Assembly (NCBI RefSeq): GCF_006345805.1
Contig: NW_021828497.1
Coordinates: 1-8,148 of the forward strand
Reading direction: 5' to 3'
Source of the DNA: Octopus sinensis
Lineage: Eukaryota
Length of the DNA: 8,148 bases
In this document: piece by piece, positions 7,860-8,148 of the stretch
Layout: each line of letters opens with the position of its first letter
Position numbering within the stretch: position 1 is the first letter of the stretch
Position numbers and translations under genes: made by a program
Notes under the pieces: model-generated
What the model saw: the letters and a program-made list of their open reading frames with translations, nothing else
The model's database searches: none
Told to the model about the DNA's origin: nothing

Positions 7860-7887
7860 CCGAACAAGGCCGGGTATGTATTTCTAA
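7860..7887 (+). mobile_element. Possible decayed Helitron-type 3' terminus on +
   Basis: ccgaacaaggccgggtatgtatttCTAA|T resembles the minus-strand terminus at 5943-5972 (ccaggcaatgccgggctatgctgCTAG|T). The hairpin is damaged and CTAG reads CTAA. Confidence 0.35.
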
Positions 7888-8148
7888 TCTATCAAATGAA
7901 GAAGGCGAAAGATGATACAAATTGGATTTTTATGTAAAAAATGTGTAATTGGGCCTGGAAGGAGATTACAATTAGAAAGAGGGGGTAACTTGCGGTGAGA
8001 AAATTGTTTGAGAGACTTTTTGGGGCGCTACTGTGTTCGTTTTGGTGTGAAAATAGGGATTTTATTGATTTTGGGGACAATTGGGGGTTTAGATTGGACA
8101 CCTTTTGCCCGATTTCAATCAAATTTTCAACATGGTAAAAGTAGAAGA

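Noticed and set aside
8105-8148. ccgatttcaatcaaattttca, resembling the core motif of DINE-1/Lep1-like Helitron derivatives
   Set aside because: The match is short, lies at the window edge, and no terminus is visible.

Overview
This is eukaryotic, repeat-dense and mostly intronic DNA. No prokaryotic genes, rRNA/tRNA, CRISPR array or intact long ORF are present. The repeat landscape (CAT-tailed RTE LINEs, Tx1-like LINE, Helitron-type ends, long TCTA/TG/TA microsatellites) resembles a coleoid cephalopod (Octopus-like) genome; that assignment is my inference. Left to right: a >=818-bp (TCTA/TCTG)n array; a 5'-truncated, decayed Tx1/L1-clade LINE on + with (TCTA)n directly at both ends; a 1.9-kb decayed RTE LINE on - whose RT region contains a C4HC3 PHD-type finger; a diverged ~130-bp-arm inverted repeat followed by a hammerhead-ribozyme-like remnant; one ankyrin-repeat exon on + with good splice signals but two +1 frameshifts; a truncated Helitron-type element on -; a second RTE 3' fragment on -; and a possible second Helitron-type 3' end. 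Most ORFs in the supplied track are microsatellite or antisense artefacts. I found no convincing new multi-gene system. The best leads are possible (TCTA)n targeting by the Tx1 element, the foldback plus hammerhead-like unit, the PHD-in-RT architecture and the frameshifted exon. All alignments were done by hand.
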